Shown: positions 36,014 to 45,554 of the stretch, piece by piece
Position numbering within the stretch: the stretch's first letter is position 1
How the letters are laid out: every line of letters begins with the position of its first letter
Source: a virus
Taxonomy: Duplodnaviria; Heunggongvirae; Uroviricota; Caudoviricetes
DNA: 64,000 nucleotides
IMG/VR virus record: IMGVR_UViG_3300021431_000077
Location: 39,062 to 103,061 of that record
Reading direction: 5' to 3' (one strand)
Translations under genes and position numbers: made by a program
The notes under the pieces: generated by a model
The model's input: the letters and a program-made list of their open reading frames with translations, nothing else
Told to the model about the DNA's origin: nothing
Databases searched by the model: none

Positions 36014-36412
36014 TCACTTGATGAAACTTGCCTGCTTCAATATGCAATCCTTGCAGATATAGAGGGAGGTCTTCCCGATTTTCTTATTCTCGGCTTCATC
36101 TACTGTGGATATGTCGATTCTGATGCTTGTTGCTGACCCGCAGAAACGACAGTTCTTATAGATGTACACACGGGGCTTTCTACCCTTGAACTTGTTAGGG
36201 TTGTATGCCCCAGGCCGCCTCGTTTTCAGAGCTATTACGAGGGTTGTCGGGGACACACCGAGCTTGGATGCGGCGTCCTTTGCACACATGTTTTGGAGGT
36301 TCATCTCTTCCCACATCGTGCAGATTTTTTCGTATTTAGCTATTGTCTGTTCCATGCATTCCGTATACGTGAATAATTTTGTTGTCTGCGTCCCAAATCT
36401 GGTACTTTGCAT
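36014..36412 (-). CDS. putative DNA-binding regulator: HTH (AASKLGVSPTTLVIAL) + C-terminal C4 zinc ribbon
   Basis: ORF track; HTH-like segment; CRFCG...CKDC. Confidence 0.45.
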   Translation of the reverse strand: MQSTRFGTQTTKLFTYTECMEQTIAKYEKICTMWEEMNLQNMCAKDAASKLGVSPTTLVIALKTRRPGAYNPNKFKGRKPRVYIYKNCRFCGSATSIRIDISTVDEAENKKIGKTSLYICKDCILKQASFIK

Positions 36413-36569
36413 TTGGTTCAGGATTCTTCAGATATTCCCGAACAAGCAAATCAGCCTGCTCGAAAGTTAGCGATGGATAATCTCCGATGATTACCTTGTG
36501 AGCGACCAATTTGCGGCAATCGTGCCTTTGGCCAATAAGCTCGCTGCAAAAAGTTTTCGTTATTTGCAT
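36336..36569 (-). CDS. hypothetical protein (77 aa)
   Basis: ORF track. Confidence 0.35.
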   Translation of the reverse strand: MQITKTFCSELIGQRHDCRKLVAHKVIIGDYPSLTFEQADLLVREYLKNPEPNAKYQIWDADNKIIHVYGMHGTDNS

Positions 36570-37162
36570 TGTTTACTCCGTGTTTTCGCTTTCTGGTCTT
36601 CCCACTGTTGGAAAATTTCCGTCGGGTGTTTGTGGGGGAATTTGAATTCATTTTCCTTTTCGTCAAGTTCGAACTTGTACGCTAGGAAATGCTCGTGCTC
36701 CCTTACCATCTGCTTGAACAGACTGTCTGTTGTGCCCGCCATCTTGTATGCGACACGCTTCCAAAAATCGGCTTCTGACATAGCGTTAAAGCCGAATTGA
36801 TTGAAAGCACGGTGCGCCTCGTTCAGCCTTTCCGTGTAGGTGCCCTTAAATTCATCGTACGCTTTGTCAAGTTTGGCAATTACGTTATCATAATAAGCAC
36901 TGTTTGCTTTCATGTACGTGTCTCGTGCGGGTTGAGGCAATACGGAAGATACAGCGAAAGAAACCTGAGCAGATTTTACTATCTCATATTGATAGGTATT
37001 GCTGAGCCATTCGATTGCACGTTTAGTGAGACAAGCGACTTCTTCATCGCTCGCCCCAATACCAGCGCTCTCGAACGATGCCTTTATAGATAGCTGGATT
37101 TTTTCTGGCTTGAAGGATTCTGTACGAAAATCTCTCTTGATAATCTTTTTTATTTCTACCAT
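36560..37162 (-). CDS. hypothetical protein (200 aa), first large gene of minus block
   Basis: ORF track; RBS aaaaggaacccct; minus promoter upstream. Confidence 0.5.
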   Translation of the reverse strand: MVEIKKIIKRDFRTESFKPEKIQLSIKASFESAGIGASDEEVACLTKRAIEWLSNTYQYEIVKSAQVSFAVSSVLPQPARDTYMKANSAYYDNVIAKLDKAYDEFKGTYTERLNEAHRAFNQFGFNAMSEADFWKRVAYKMAGTTDSLFKQMVREHEHFLAYKFELDEKENEFKFPHKHPTEIFQQWEDQKAKTRSKQCK

Positions 37163-37186
37163 AGGGGTTCCTTTTTTGTTTTTATT

Positions 37187-37215
37187 AAAATAGATAATTA
37201 ATTTCTAATTGTCAA
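37187..37215 (-). promoter_or_regulatory. minus-strand promoter TTGACA-N17-TATTTT
   Basis: rc of tgtcaa 37210-15 and aaaata 37187-92. Confidence 0.45.
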
Positions 37216-37340
37216 GGGGGTGGTCTATCTTTTCTGCATCACGCTTCGCCTCTTTGTATGCAGCGATGAGGAACGGGCTTACGATGGCCACTCCGAGCAT
37301 GAGGGCTGTTGCGATGATTGTATCTGCTATTCTTTTGAGC
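37206..37340 (-). CDS. small membrane protein (44 aa), hand-called
   Basis: MLKRIADTIIATALMLGVAIVSPFLIAAYKEAK; conflicts partly with promoter position. Confidence 0.25.
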
Positions 37341-37384
37341 ATTTCTTTCCTTGGATTATTTTCATACTTAATTTATAATTTTCG

Positions 37385-37413
37385 GTTGACGAATTTAATT
37401 GAATAATGTATAT
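37385..37413 (+). promoter_or_regulatory. promoter TTGACG-N17-TATATT starting plus block
   Basis: seen in sequence. Confidence 0.5.
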
Positions 37414-37444
37414 TTAAACGTGTCATTAAATTACGAGGTATCGT

Positions 37445-37669
37445 ATGATTGAAATTACCAAACCTGGGAAGAAGCCAGAACCGAAAAAGAATCCAGTTAT
37501 GGAGTTCACTTGCCCTACATGTGGATGCGAGTTCAAGACGGACGAGTATAGCAAATGTGCAGAGCGTTGCCCGAACGGTCGCCGCTGGATTGAGGTCAAG
37601 TGTCCTGAAAATGATTGCGGCAACACTTTCTCCGTGAAAGACAAGGCGGCCAAGGCTGTTCTGGGATAG
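37445..37669 (+). CDS. zinc-finger protein (CPTCGC...CPNG...CPENDC)
   Basis: ORF track. Confidence 0.45.
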   Translation: MIEITKPGKKPEPKKNPVMEFTCPTCGCEFKTDEYSKCAERCPNGRRWIEVKCPENDCGNTFSVKDKAAKAVLG

Positions 37670-37673
37670 TCCG

Positions 37674-37847
37674 ATGGAAGAAGAGAGCAAGTTACCGTTC
37701 CACAAGAAGATGAGTACTCTCGGCGGGGCCGTGCTGTATGCCGAGAAGGCTCTTGAAACCTACCCAGAAGCAAAAGCGACGATTGAACCCATCGACGAGG
37801 GATTCTGGAAATACCTCATAACGGTTGAAGAGGCTACTAAAAAATGA
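37674..37847 (+). CDS. small hypothetical protein (57 aa), not in ORF track
   Basis: ATG after upstream stop; ATGA overlap with next gene. Confidence 0.35.
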   Translation: MEEESKLPFHKKMSTLGGAVLYAEKALETYPEAKATIEPIDEGFWKYLITVEEATKK

Positions 37848-38032
37848 AACGTGTATTATTTACATTGTTCTTTCTTTATATGTGTATTCCTGTTAGATTG
37901 GTTAGTTATGTATTTTGTGCATTTCAGGAATGGCTATGCTTTGAAAGAGCTTTTTGGAAAACATTACTGCCTTGGCTGAAGGATGAAGTAATAGCGTGGG
38001 TTCACCCCTTTAAATTTAGTAAAGGAAATTAA
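37844..38032 (+). CDS. small membrane protein
   Basis: ORF track. Confidence 0.4.
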   Translation: MKRVLFTLFFLYMCIPVRLVSYVFCAFQEWLCFERAFWKTLLPWLKDEVIAWVHPFKFSKGN

Positions 38033-38033
38033 A

Positions 38034-38312
38034 ATGAGACAATTTGTCACCGTACTGAAAAAGCTTATCGAACTGTCCGAAGACAAGGACCTTACGGACG
38101 CATTGAACAAGATTGTGGTGGATGCAAGCTACACCGCACCCGAAGCCCAGTGGGAAATCCGTGGCGAACAGGTGTCTGTCGCCCTGAACAACTATCTGGC
38201 TAACGGCAAGGAACGCAAGTCCGAATGGTTCGCAAGGGTTCTTTCAGAGTTTTCGACCCAACCCATCGAAAAAATCCGTGAGTTTCAGGAGACTCTAAAT
38301 GAAACTAATTAA
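38034..38312 (+). CDS. hypothetical protein (92 aa)
   Basis: ORF track. Confidence 0.45.
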   Translation: MRQFVTVLKKLIELSEDKDLTDALNKIVVDASYTAPEAQWEIRGEQVSVALNNYLANGKERKSEWFARVLSEFSTQPIEKIREFQETLNETN

Positions 38313-38505
38313 GATTAACAAGGACGCCATCTTCTATCCAACTGTCGGATTGTATGCGTTATCGAACACGTTCTCGTTCATCTACTGGGGTGATTTCGCC
38401 CTCATGTGTTCAAACATTGTGTTTATCCTGCTCTTTGTCGTCCTCATCATCTTGAAGAAGGCGATACCTCGTTTCAACGATTGGCTGAACAGGGATTTCC
38501 ATTAA
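38299..38505 (+). CDS. small membrane protein
   Basis: ORF track. Confidence 0.4.
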   Translation: MKLIKINKDAIFYPTVGLYALSNTFSFIYWGDFALMCSNIVFILLFVVLIILKKAIPRFNDWLNRDFH

Positions 38506-38514
38506 GGAGAATTT

Positions 38515-38778
38515 ATGGACATTGTCAGGCATGAATCCTGTGATAATAATACCCTAGTGAAGTATTATGATGCACAAGACCGTATTGTAGAAATTGCATT
38601 CCTTATCTCTGGAAACGGATGTACAATCCAGTATGATGTATCTCTGGAAAGACCCGATGAACGTATCGTCCGTTGGAACAACGGGGAAGTGTACCGTACT
38701 TGGACAGAAGAAGGCAAGACCAAGTTTGTGAGGCTAAACGATGTGCCAGACTTGTCCTATTTAGCTTACTGGTGTTGA
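38515..38778 (+). CDS. hypothetical protein (87 aa)
   Basis: ORF track; RBS aaggagaattt. Confidence 0.45.
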   Translation: MDIVRHESCDNNTLVKYYDAQDRIVEIAFLISGNGCTIQYDVSLERPDERIVRWNNGEVYRTWTEEGKTKFVRLNDVPDLSYLAYWC

Positions 38779-38918
38779 TATACGGAAGTTCGAACTGTAT
38801 ACTAGACGTGGCATATCCGCTGCCGCCCTGTCTGGTGGCTACGAGGACGCCAAGAAGTTCTACGAAGCCGAAACGGGAAGTTCGTTCGAAAAAGACCTTG
38901 AAAAAGCGAGGAAGTATT

Positions 38919-39158
38919 ATGAAGGTAAAAATAACAAACAAGAAAGATGAAACTGATGTCTACTCGTTAAACCTATCCAAGGCGTTTGGCGTCAGGCGCA
39001 TGGGAGATGCGTTAATAGTATATTATGCTGGGTTTGAGATGTTTTCGTTTAAGTCAAACCAATATAAGTTTGAAGAAGTCGAAATGTCGGCTGATGGTCG
39101 GGCTTATTATACCGAGCGTAGTATTGAGGAAATAGCAGAGCGTTTCCTGTATGATTGA
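38919..39158 (+). CDS. hypothetical protein (79 aa)
   Basis: trimmed to MKVKIT with RBS gcgaggaagt. Confidence 0.4.
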   Translation: MKVKITNKKDETDVYSLNLSKAFGVRRMGDALIVYYAGFEMFSFKSNQYKFEEVEMSADGRAYYTERSIEEIAERFLYD

Positions 39159-39192
39159 CCCAATCTGAAAAAAATATAGAAAATTTAGTCAA

Positions 39193-39226
39193 CCCCCTTG
39201 ACAAAGGGGGTTTAATTATCTATATT
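39193..39226 (+). promoter_or_regulatory. terminator-promoter module: CCCCC-ttgacaaa-GGGGG hairpin + TTT, TTGACA-N17-TATATT
   Basis: seen in sequence. Confidence 0.65.
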
Positions 39227-39254
39227 ATTCACGTAAACACAAAAGGAAACCAAA

Positions 39255-39662
39255 ATGAAAACACCGAAAAAGACAATCAATGTACTTGTGAATCCTACAA
39301 AGGAAGCAATCGAGCGTATTGCCAGCGTTAGGTTGATTCGTGGTTACGATGACAGTCGCATCAAGAAACAATTCGCAAAACTGGATGGATGCGCTATTCT
39401 GTATCCTGAAACCCATCTTATGCCGAAGGATGCTGCTGTTCGTACAAAGAGCGTCATCGACCTGTTCCTTGAGACGGCTGGGACGGAGTTTAACATCGTA
39501 ACGGTATCTACCGATGTGTGTACGCTTGCCTCAGATTATGGCAAGTATAAGAAGTGCAAGGTAAAGTTCTTCTATCAAGACAAACAATCGACGATTACCA
39601 AGGTGTTCAAGAAGTTTAACGAAGTCTTCCCTTACATTGACAAATTGACGGAAGACATTTAA
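39255..39662 (+). CDS. hypothetical protein (135 aa)
   Basis: ORF track. Confidence 0.5.
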   Translation: MKTPKKTINVLVNPTKEAIERIASVRLIRGYDDSRIKKQFAKLDGCAILYPETHLMPKDAAVRTKSVIDLFLETAGTEFNIVTVSTDVCTLASDYGKYKKCKVKFFYQDKQSTITKVFKKFNEVFPYIDKLTEDI

Positions 39663-39678
39663 CAAAAGAGAGGAAATC

Positions 39679-40062
39679 ATGGCATGCCAATCATTCGAAG
39701 AACAAATCAAGGACTATGATGCCCGCAGCGACATACACTACCATGTGTATTTTAGTTCCGCATCGTACACCTATTGCGTGGACGTGCTTCAGTTCAAGAA
39801 GAAGTCCGATATCAAGAACGACTTATACAAGAACAAGAAGTATTATTCCACTTACGCAGAAGCAAAGAAAGTTGCCGATAAGCTCAACGAAAAGGATACT
39901 GATGTTGGCCATCTTTTCGGCAGGGCTGCAAGTGAATTTGAGCATAAGATGTATGAACTCCTTAAAATGGGAGGAATGACCGAGGCTCAGAAGCATGCTA
40001 TTGAAGCGGCGAATGCTAATGTGCATGCGCTAACCAAGCTTATCAACGACGAGCACTTCTAA
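39679..40062 (+). CDS. hypothetical protein (127 aa)
   Basis: ORF track. Confidence 0.5.
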   Translation: MACQSFEEQIKDYDARSDIHYHVYFSSASYTYCVDVLQFKKKSDIKNDLYKNKKYYSTYAEAKKVADKLNEKDTDVGHLFGRAASEFEHKMYELLKMGGMTEAQKHAIEAANANVHALTKLINDEHF

Positions 40063-40325
40063 TGCGTTGCAAGAACTGTCCATACACAGAATATGACTAC
40101 AGCGAGAACGTTGAGCTATGTAAGTTTTTCGGGTACGGGGAAGACGAAATCTCGGAAAACCGAAAGGGCGAACTCGGATGTAAGTACAATATGAAGAGCC
40201 TGCAAAAGTTCGTCAGGATGCATGAGGCAGAAGAAGAGGAAATCGTCAGGCAGATGGGCGATTTCGCCAAATGGTATGAAGAAACATATAAAAACCAATC
40301 CAATCAGGAGAAACAAAATGATTAG
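40062..40325 (+). CDS. zinc-finger protein (87 aa)
   Basis: ORF track. Confidence 0.4.
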   Translation: MRCKNCPYTEYDYSENVELCKFFGYGEDEISENRKGELGCKYNMKSLQKFVRMHEAEEEEIVRQMGDFAKWYEETYKNQSNQEKQND

Positions 40326-40833
40326 CAAACTCAAAAACATCAAACGAATCAAGAAAATTTTCACCCCTGGCCTGTTCCTCTTTCTACTGGCCATTGTTGG
40401 ATATTCAGTGGGGGCTTCCCTTTTGGGTCCTGCGCTTAGAGGTGAACTTCCTTTATGGAAACTTATGACAGGCGAAGCGATTCTGTATTTTACAGGCGTT
40501 GTTGCCGCTGTAATGGCTTACCCCTTGCGTGGCAAGAAGGTAACCGTGTCTCCCAACGACTCCGTGAAGGAACTCCTCGACCGCATCGTTGCTGGATATT
40601 CCAAGGGCCCGTACACGGTTATCGACCTTGAATACACATCGTTCGAACTGCGTAATGCCGTCTGCAGGAAGCTGAGTCAGGAGGTGTTTGATAAAGTATT
40701 CAAGGAAGCCTGTGATGAAATCGGAGTACCATACAACACGTTCGAGTTGAGTGAAAGGGCTATCGACTGCGCTCCACAGGGTAGTGGTAGCAATAATGCA
40801 GGCATCAAGAACATTCAGGTTAGCACCAAGTAG
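40318..40833 (+). CDS. membrane-anchored protein (171 aa)
   Basis: trimmed to MISKLKN with RBS caggaga. Confidence 0.45.
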   Translation: MISKLKNIKRIKKIFTPGLFLFLLAIVGYSVGASLLGPALRGELPLWKLMTGEAILYFTGVVAAVMAYPLRGKKVTVSPNDSVKELLDRIVAGYSKGPYTVIDLEYTSFELRNAVCRKLSQEVFDKVFKEACDEIGVPYNTFELSERAIDCAPQGSGSNNAGIKNIQVSTK

Positions 40834-40869
40834 CATCTCTTTGAAAAAAAGTACAAAAAAATTTCAAAA

Positions 40870-40903
40870 CCCCATTGACAATGGGGTTTTAATTATCTAT
40901 ATT
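40870..40903 (+). promoter_or_regulatory. terminator-promoter module: perfect 8-bp palindrome CCCCATTG-A-CAATGGGG + TTTT; TTGACA-N17-TATATT
   Basis: seen in sequence. Confidence 0.7.
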
Positions 40904-40928
40904 ATTGTACATAACAAGGAGATTCCTC

Positions 40929-41585
40929 ATGGAAAAAATGTCAAAGAAAAAGTTCATCCGCCTCGTGATGTCAGCAGCGAACGAAGTCGTCAAGCACTTC
41001 TCCGAAGGAACCAAGACGATTGAGGCTGAAATCCCGAGCGGAACACAGACTGAGCTCGTGTCGATTGTAGTAAGCGGTCGGAGGGGATGGTACGAAACAT
41101 TCCACGGAATCAAGCGTATGCCCGTGTTCATCTCCACGAGGCTCACCTTAAACGGCGCACAGGGCGAAATCGTGTTTTGGGGCAATGATGTACCTCCAGA
41201 ACTCCGTGACCTTACAGCAAAAGAACTTTCCAAGAAGGGCTACCAGATAGGCCCCTGCGCTGCCGACGACAGGCCGTTTGCCAATTGGGTACGCTCATTT
41301 CATCCGTGGCAAAGCGAACTCAGGGACTTCCTTGAAGAGGAACTTGGAAAGGGCGGTGAAGTCTGCGGTCTGAACCGAGACGAGAACGGCAATTATAAAA
41401 TTGACTTCTACGATGGAACATCCAAGTTGGTTACTCCTGATGAGTTCGAGGAAATAACTAACAACCCATTTGCGAAGAAGGAACATCCGTTGCATTGGCC
41501 GATGTTGCGCTTCCTGCACCCCGACAGATGGGCGGAAATCATAGAGAAGTGCGGAAGACAGTATGCCTATTCACATTGCGTATAA
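40929..41585 (+). CDS. hypothetical protein (218 aa)
   Basis: trimmed to MEKMSKK; RBS aaggaga. Confidence 0.5.
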   Translation: MEKMSKKKFIRLVMSAANEVVKHFSEGTKTIEAEIPSGTQTELVSIVVSGRRGWYETFHGIKRMPVFISTRLTLNGAQGEIVFWGNDVPPELRDLTAKELSKKGYQIGPCAADDRPFANWVRSFHPWQSELRDFLEEELGKGGEVCGLNRDENGNYKIDFYDGTSKLVTPDEFEEITNNPFAKKEHPLHWPMLRFLHPDRWAEIIEKCGRQYAYSHCV

Positions 41586-41610
41586 CCAAATACAAAAAAG
41601 GAAATGAATT

Positions 41611-42096
41611 ATGTACATGATGAGAAGAGTACACGCTGAACAGAACCCTAAAGGAGGCCCCATGCATGTCTGGGTGATGCAGTGGCAACGAGCTGACCTC
41701 AACGCATTGATTAAAAATGCCAGATTCAACCTTAACCCGTTCAATGAAGTTCCTGGTGGCAGCATGTGGGAAGACCACGCCCCCGACCAGAATAAGTTGC
41801 CAGGATGCGTGTGGCAGGGCCGTGTGGACGAGTATTTCAAATGGAACGACCGTCTGGTTCACGGTATCACCCACTGCATGATTTTCAACATTTCTAAATG
41901 CTGGTACAGTTTCATTCTGTCCCGAGAGACGAGTGATAACGACAAATCCCTTAGCCTTTTTAACTGCAAGTTTGATGATGGTGACGTATACCCATCGTTC
42001 GAAACAATCAAGGAATGCGTGGACTACCTGACAAGCCCAGAGGGTATCGGCATATGTAGCAACAAAGATATCAAACCTGTGGAGGTTCACAAATGA
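41611..42096 (+). CDS. hypothetical protein (161 aa)
   Basis: ORF track. Confidence 0.5.
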   Translation: MYMMRRVHAEQNPKGGPMHVWVMQWQRADLNALIKNARFNLNPFNEVPGGSMWEDHAPDQNKLPGCVWQGRVDEYFKWNDRLVHGITHCMIFNISKCWYSFILSRETSDNDKSLSLFNCKFDDGDVYPSFETIKECVDYLTSPEGIGICSNKDIKPVEVHK

Positions 42097-42293
42097 CCGC
42101 ATTATACATCGGAATCTACATCATTGTCGCACTCATCGTCTATCTCGTCGCACTGTTCGCATGGGCGTTCGGCATCGGGATGGGTTACCCTTATGCCAAA
42201 TGGTATCACTGGTCCAATCTAGGGTGCGCATGCATTATGTTTGGCTATCCTGTCGCAGCAATCGCAGCGGGGATTTTAATCTTCGGTAGATAA
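42093..42293 (+). CDS. small membrane protein
   Basis: ORF track. Confidence 0.4.
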   Translation: MTALYIGIYIIVALIVYLVALFAWAFGIGMGYPYAKWYHWSNLGCACIMFGYPVAAIAAGILIFGR

Positions 42294-42316
42294 AAAATCA
42301 TAAAAAATTACATAAA

Positions 42317-42350
42317 CCCGCTTGACAAGGCGGGTTTAATTGTCTATATT
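42317..42350 (+). promoter_or_regulatory. terminator-promoter module CCCGC-ttgacaag-GCGGG + TTT; TTGACA-N17-TATATT
   Basis: seen in sequence. Confidence 0.65.
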
Positions 42351-42384
42351 AACACATGTAACACAAAAACAAAAAGGAACAAAC

Positions 42385-43131
42385 ATGCTTGCATATCTCA
42401 AATGGCTATTTACCCCGAAGTCCGAACGTCCTGATTATGTTTTGGACTTGTTCAACAAGAACATCGCAGTGAATCCCAAGTTGGCGCCCTTCATGGGCAG
42501 ATTGAATGTGGAAACTGCACAGGATGAACTTCGGTTCATCGTATCATCAGGTGCATACAGCGATGAACAACTGTGGAAAGTTCATTGCACTAATGTGAAG
42601 CATCTGTACACTCGTGCAATGGAATACCCGAATGCGAAATGGGCTGATTCCTTGATTGACAGCATCCTCTATCATATTAAAGAGGTTGATGCTGCGGTAA
42701 AGTCGTTGGACAAGTATTTTCTCCGTATTTTTGACAAATCTAATTTTAATCTGACTGACTTTGATTACAGTTCGTCTACGTTTGACCAAGTGTCTTTGTG
42801 CCCTGCGGGTGTTCTTCCTCTGATGGAGGCGACTGAACAGGATATCAAGAGGCAGGGTTTGTATAAGGATGAAGTTTCTTTGAAGGCGGACCTTGGTAAG
42901 TATTATGACTACATTATCAAAAAATTTTCTAAGTGGCTTAAAGGTCGTAAGCCTCTGGCAAGTTCCCCTCATATTGATGTCAAGACATTTGAAGAATGGC
43001 GTATAGACAGAGACATTATTGCCAAGTTTGATGCGGAAGAAGAAAGGTTGAGCAATACATGCAAAAAGGTGCTTGACGACATCCGAGGCTACAAAACCAT
43101 GGGTGGCGCTGCTTCCTGTGCGGCATCCTAA
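42385..43131 (+). CDS. hypothetical protein (248 aa)
   Basis: trimmed to MLAYLKW. Confidence 0.5.
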   Translation: MLAYLKWLFTPKSERPDYVLDLFNKNIAVNPKLAPFMGRLNVETAQDELRFIVSSGAYSDEQLWKVHCTNVKHLYTRAMEYPNAKWADSLIDSILYHIKEVDAAVKSLDKYFLRIFDKSNFNLTDFDYSSSTFDQVSLCPAGVLPLMEATEQDIKRQGLYKDEVSLKADLGKYYDYIIKKFSKWLKGRKPLASSPHIDVKTFEEWRIDRDIIAKFDAEEERLSNTCKKVLDDIRGYKTMGGAASCAAS

Positions 43132-43154
43132 TCGAATCTAGTTTGGAGATTTGT

Positions 43155-43562
43155 ATGAAAAAACTTTTCTATGTTCGCTCGGCTATGCTCACCCTGTTTG
43201 AAGCATACCCTGATGACCCGAAGACTGGTTGGATGGCGGGGCGTGAATGCCTCGGTTCAACCAATCTGGATTACCGTGGTAAGTACGACTCGATTGCATC
43301 CCTGCTAACCTACATATCCCCTAATGACACTTACTATCCCATTAGCGAATGGGAAGTGTCCAATGTTGAGGATGGCGGGTTCCTGCTTAACTTGGATGTC
43401 ATTGTTGACCACAATAAGCGGGCCCCGTCGCCAGACCGTCTGAAAGCGTGGAAGGAAGGCCATGCACACTTGTGCCACGGGTACTATTCCATCGAAGTGA
43501 AGGCGCAGCGTATCGAGGATATTTCCGCAGACGAACTGCAGAAACTTATTGAAAAGGCATGA
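43155..43562 (+). CDS. hypothetical protein (135 aa)
   Basis: trimmed; RBS tggaga. Confidence 0.45.
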   Translation: MKKLFYVRSAMLTLFEAYPDDPKTGWMAGRECLGSTNLDYRGKYDSIASLLTYISPNDTYYPISEWEVSNVEDGGFLLNLDVIVDHNKRAPSPDRLKAWKEGHAHLCHGYYSIEVKAQRIEDISADELQKLIEKA

Positions 43563-43572
43563 GGAAACCACC

Positions 43573-44142
43573 ATGAGAGAAGAAGCGCTTAATAAGATAG
43601 ATGAACTCGAACACAAAATATATGAAATGCGCAAGCAGCAGGACGAAATCAGGAGGCAAGAGAGCGAATACGAGCGTTATGAGGAAGCGCGTAAGTGGAA
43701 GGAAGACAACGCCAGGTGCATTCCTGTATGCAAAAACCTTCTAGGAAAGGTGTTTACATTTGGTGATGAGGTCGTTCATCACGAGGAACGGGTGATTGAC
43801 GGGAGTGCGGTGGAGTACGAGTATGTTTTAATATATTTTGTACAGACAATCAATTACCGAGACAAGTCCAAGGTGTGCATGCGATGCCGTCGCATGTATT
43901 CAGGCGATGATGATGCCTCCATTTGTAACTATGACTTGTTTTTAAGTTTTAGCGAGTCTGAAGACGGATGGTATGTAACCCATTCCAATACTGGTAAAAG
44001 TTACGGAAAGCTGCATGTTCTTACCGAAGATGAACTCCGTGTTGCCCTCGATTTCTGGAAAACCAATCCGTTGCGTAATTTGATTAAAACGATGATGCAA
44101 CCTGTCGAGGGCGGATGGCGTTGCGCTGGAGAAAAAGGCTAA
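43573..44142 (+). CDS. hypothetical protein with N-terminal coiled coil and Cys pairs
   Basis: trimmed; RBS gaggaaacc. Confidence 0.45.
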   Translation: MREEALNKIDELEHKIYEMRKQQDEIRRQESEYERYEEARKWKEDNARCIPVCKNLLGKVFTFGDEVVHHEERVIDGSAVEYEYVLIYFVQTINYRDKSKVCMRCRRMYSGDDDASICNYDLFLSFSESEDGWYVTHSNTGKSYGKLHVLTEDELRVALDFWKTNPLRNLIKTMMQPVEGGWRCAGEKG

Positions 44143-44145
44143 TCA

Positions 44146-44382
44146 ATGAACTTGGTAAAGTGGAAAAGTAAAATGGACCGTAGTAAAAATAATCCACCAT
44201 ACCCTTATTGTATCCATGAGCATAATTATATTTGCCAAAAAGAAGAACCTATGATGCCTATAATCGACGGTTGGCAAACATTCAAGATTACATCCAAATG
44301 TGAACATTGTGGTGCTGTCGTAACAAACTATGTGAAAAGGATTTATAAAGGAGAAAATTATGCAAAAACGAATGAAGACTGA
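44146..44382 (+). CDS. zinc-finger protein (78 aa)
   Basis: ORF track. Confidence 0.4.
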   Translation: MNLVKWKSKMDRSKNNPPYPYCIHEHNYICQKEEPMMPIIDGWQTFKITSKCEHCGAVVTNYVKRIYKGENYAKTNED

Positions 44383-44929
44383 AAAAGAGTATGATGCTGC
44401 ACTGGAAGCTATCGATTGCGAGATTGTAGAGCATACCAAGGCAGCCGAAGAACTGGAAGCCAAGCGGAGAGCGCTGCAAAATAAAAAGAGGGCTAAGTTC
44501 GACCCAGAATACCGTGCCTTGCAGGAACGGCTACGAAAAGCCAACGCCGAGCGCAAAAGATTTATAGCGGACGCCGCCAAGAAGTTCGTCGGAAAATGGC
44601 TGTTCATTGACGACGGAACTTATATACATGTCAGTGGCGTAGACGCCCCTACGAAAGAATCCACCAGTGGAGACTTCCAGGGTGAAGGGTATCTCGTGTT
44701 TCCTACGCACTACGACATTAACGTTGAGACTGGCGACGGGAAGGTGAACATATCCACGGGTTCGTCCAAGAACAATGTGGTATATCTCACCTTATATGCC
44801 GAGGACGTGCTTAAAGTATCGAAGAAAGACGTAATGGAAGACTTGGAGAGCAACCTGGATGGAATATTGTCAACCTATAAGGAACTATGCAAGCGGGTGA
44901 AATGGAAACCTTCCGTAGGCAAAGCATGA
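44360..44929 (+). CDS. hypothetical protein (189 aa)
   Basis: ORF track. Confidence 0.45.
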   Translation: MQKRMKTEKEYDAALEAIDCEIVEHTKAAEELEAKRRALQNKKRAKFDPEYRALQERLRKANAERKRFIADAAKKFVGKWLFIDDGTYIHVSGVDAPTKESTSGDFQGEGYLVFPTHYDINVETGDGKVNISTGSSKNNVVYLTLYAEDVLKVSKKDVMEDLESNLDGILSTYKELCKRVKWKPSVGKA

Positions 44930-44948
44930 CGTGTGTTTTTTTCATAAA

Positions 44949-44981
44949 CCCCTTGACAAGAGGGGTTTAATTATCTATATT
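44949..44981 (+). promoter_or_regulatory. terminator-promoter module CCCC-ttgacaaga-GGGG + TTT; TTGACA-N17-TATATT
   Basis: seen in sequence. Confidence 0.65.
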
Positions 44982-45021
44982 ATGTAGTGTAGAATGCACA
45001 AAGGCATAAAAAGGAGTTATT

Positions 45022-45546
45022 ATGTATTCCGAAATTCAAGACGGTCCTTCACGTATCGGAACATCCAAGTTTTTCTTCGATGTGTGGTATAAGATAACCA
45101 ATGAAAAAGCGTTGGTTCCGTGTGGGTATTGCGGGAATGGTTGGAATGCCGATTCCAAAGAGCCGCCCAAGACTTATTTTGTTGGTGACTATTCCAGGGA
45201 ACAGTTCAACTCGGTGCTGTTTCGATTGAGTATCTCGAAATCTTCATTGTGGGAAGGCAAATATGATGTCAAGGTGCTTTGCTTTGCCGACACCAGAGAG
45301 TGCGGGGCTGAAACTATCGTCTATATGAAGACTGATGACCCAAATAAGATTGACGCTCGCATGTTCGAATATGCAGCCGACGTGCTTTCCCGTTCTGGTG
45401 CTGTATTGGACCATGAATTGAACCAGAAGGATTTCGAATCACGTAAAGAAAAGATTGCTACCATGCAGGCGTATAACGACAAGTTGGCCAGAATTATGCA
45501 AATCGATAAAATCGGTAAAAACTTGAAAGAGCTTTTTCATAACTAG
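45022..45546 (+). CDS. hypothetical protein (174 aa)
   Basis: ORF track; RBS aaaaggag. Confidence 0.5.
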   Translation: MYSEIQDGPSRIGTSKFFFDVWYKITNEKALVPCGYCGNGWNADSKEPPKTYFVGDYSREQFNSVLFRLSISKSSLWEGKYDVKVLCFADTRECGAETIVYMKTDDPNKIDARMFEYAADVLSRSGAVLDHELNQKDFESRKEKIATMQAYNDKLARIMQIDKIGKNLKELFHN

Positions 45547-45554
45547 GAGTTAAC

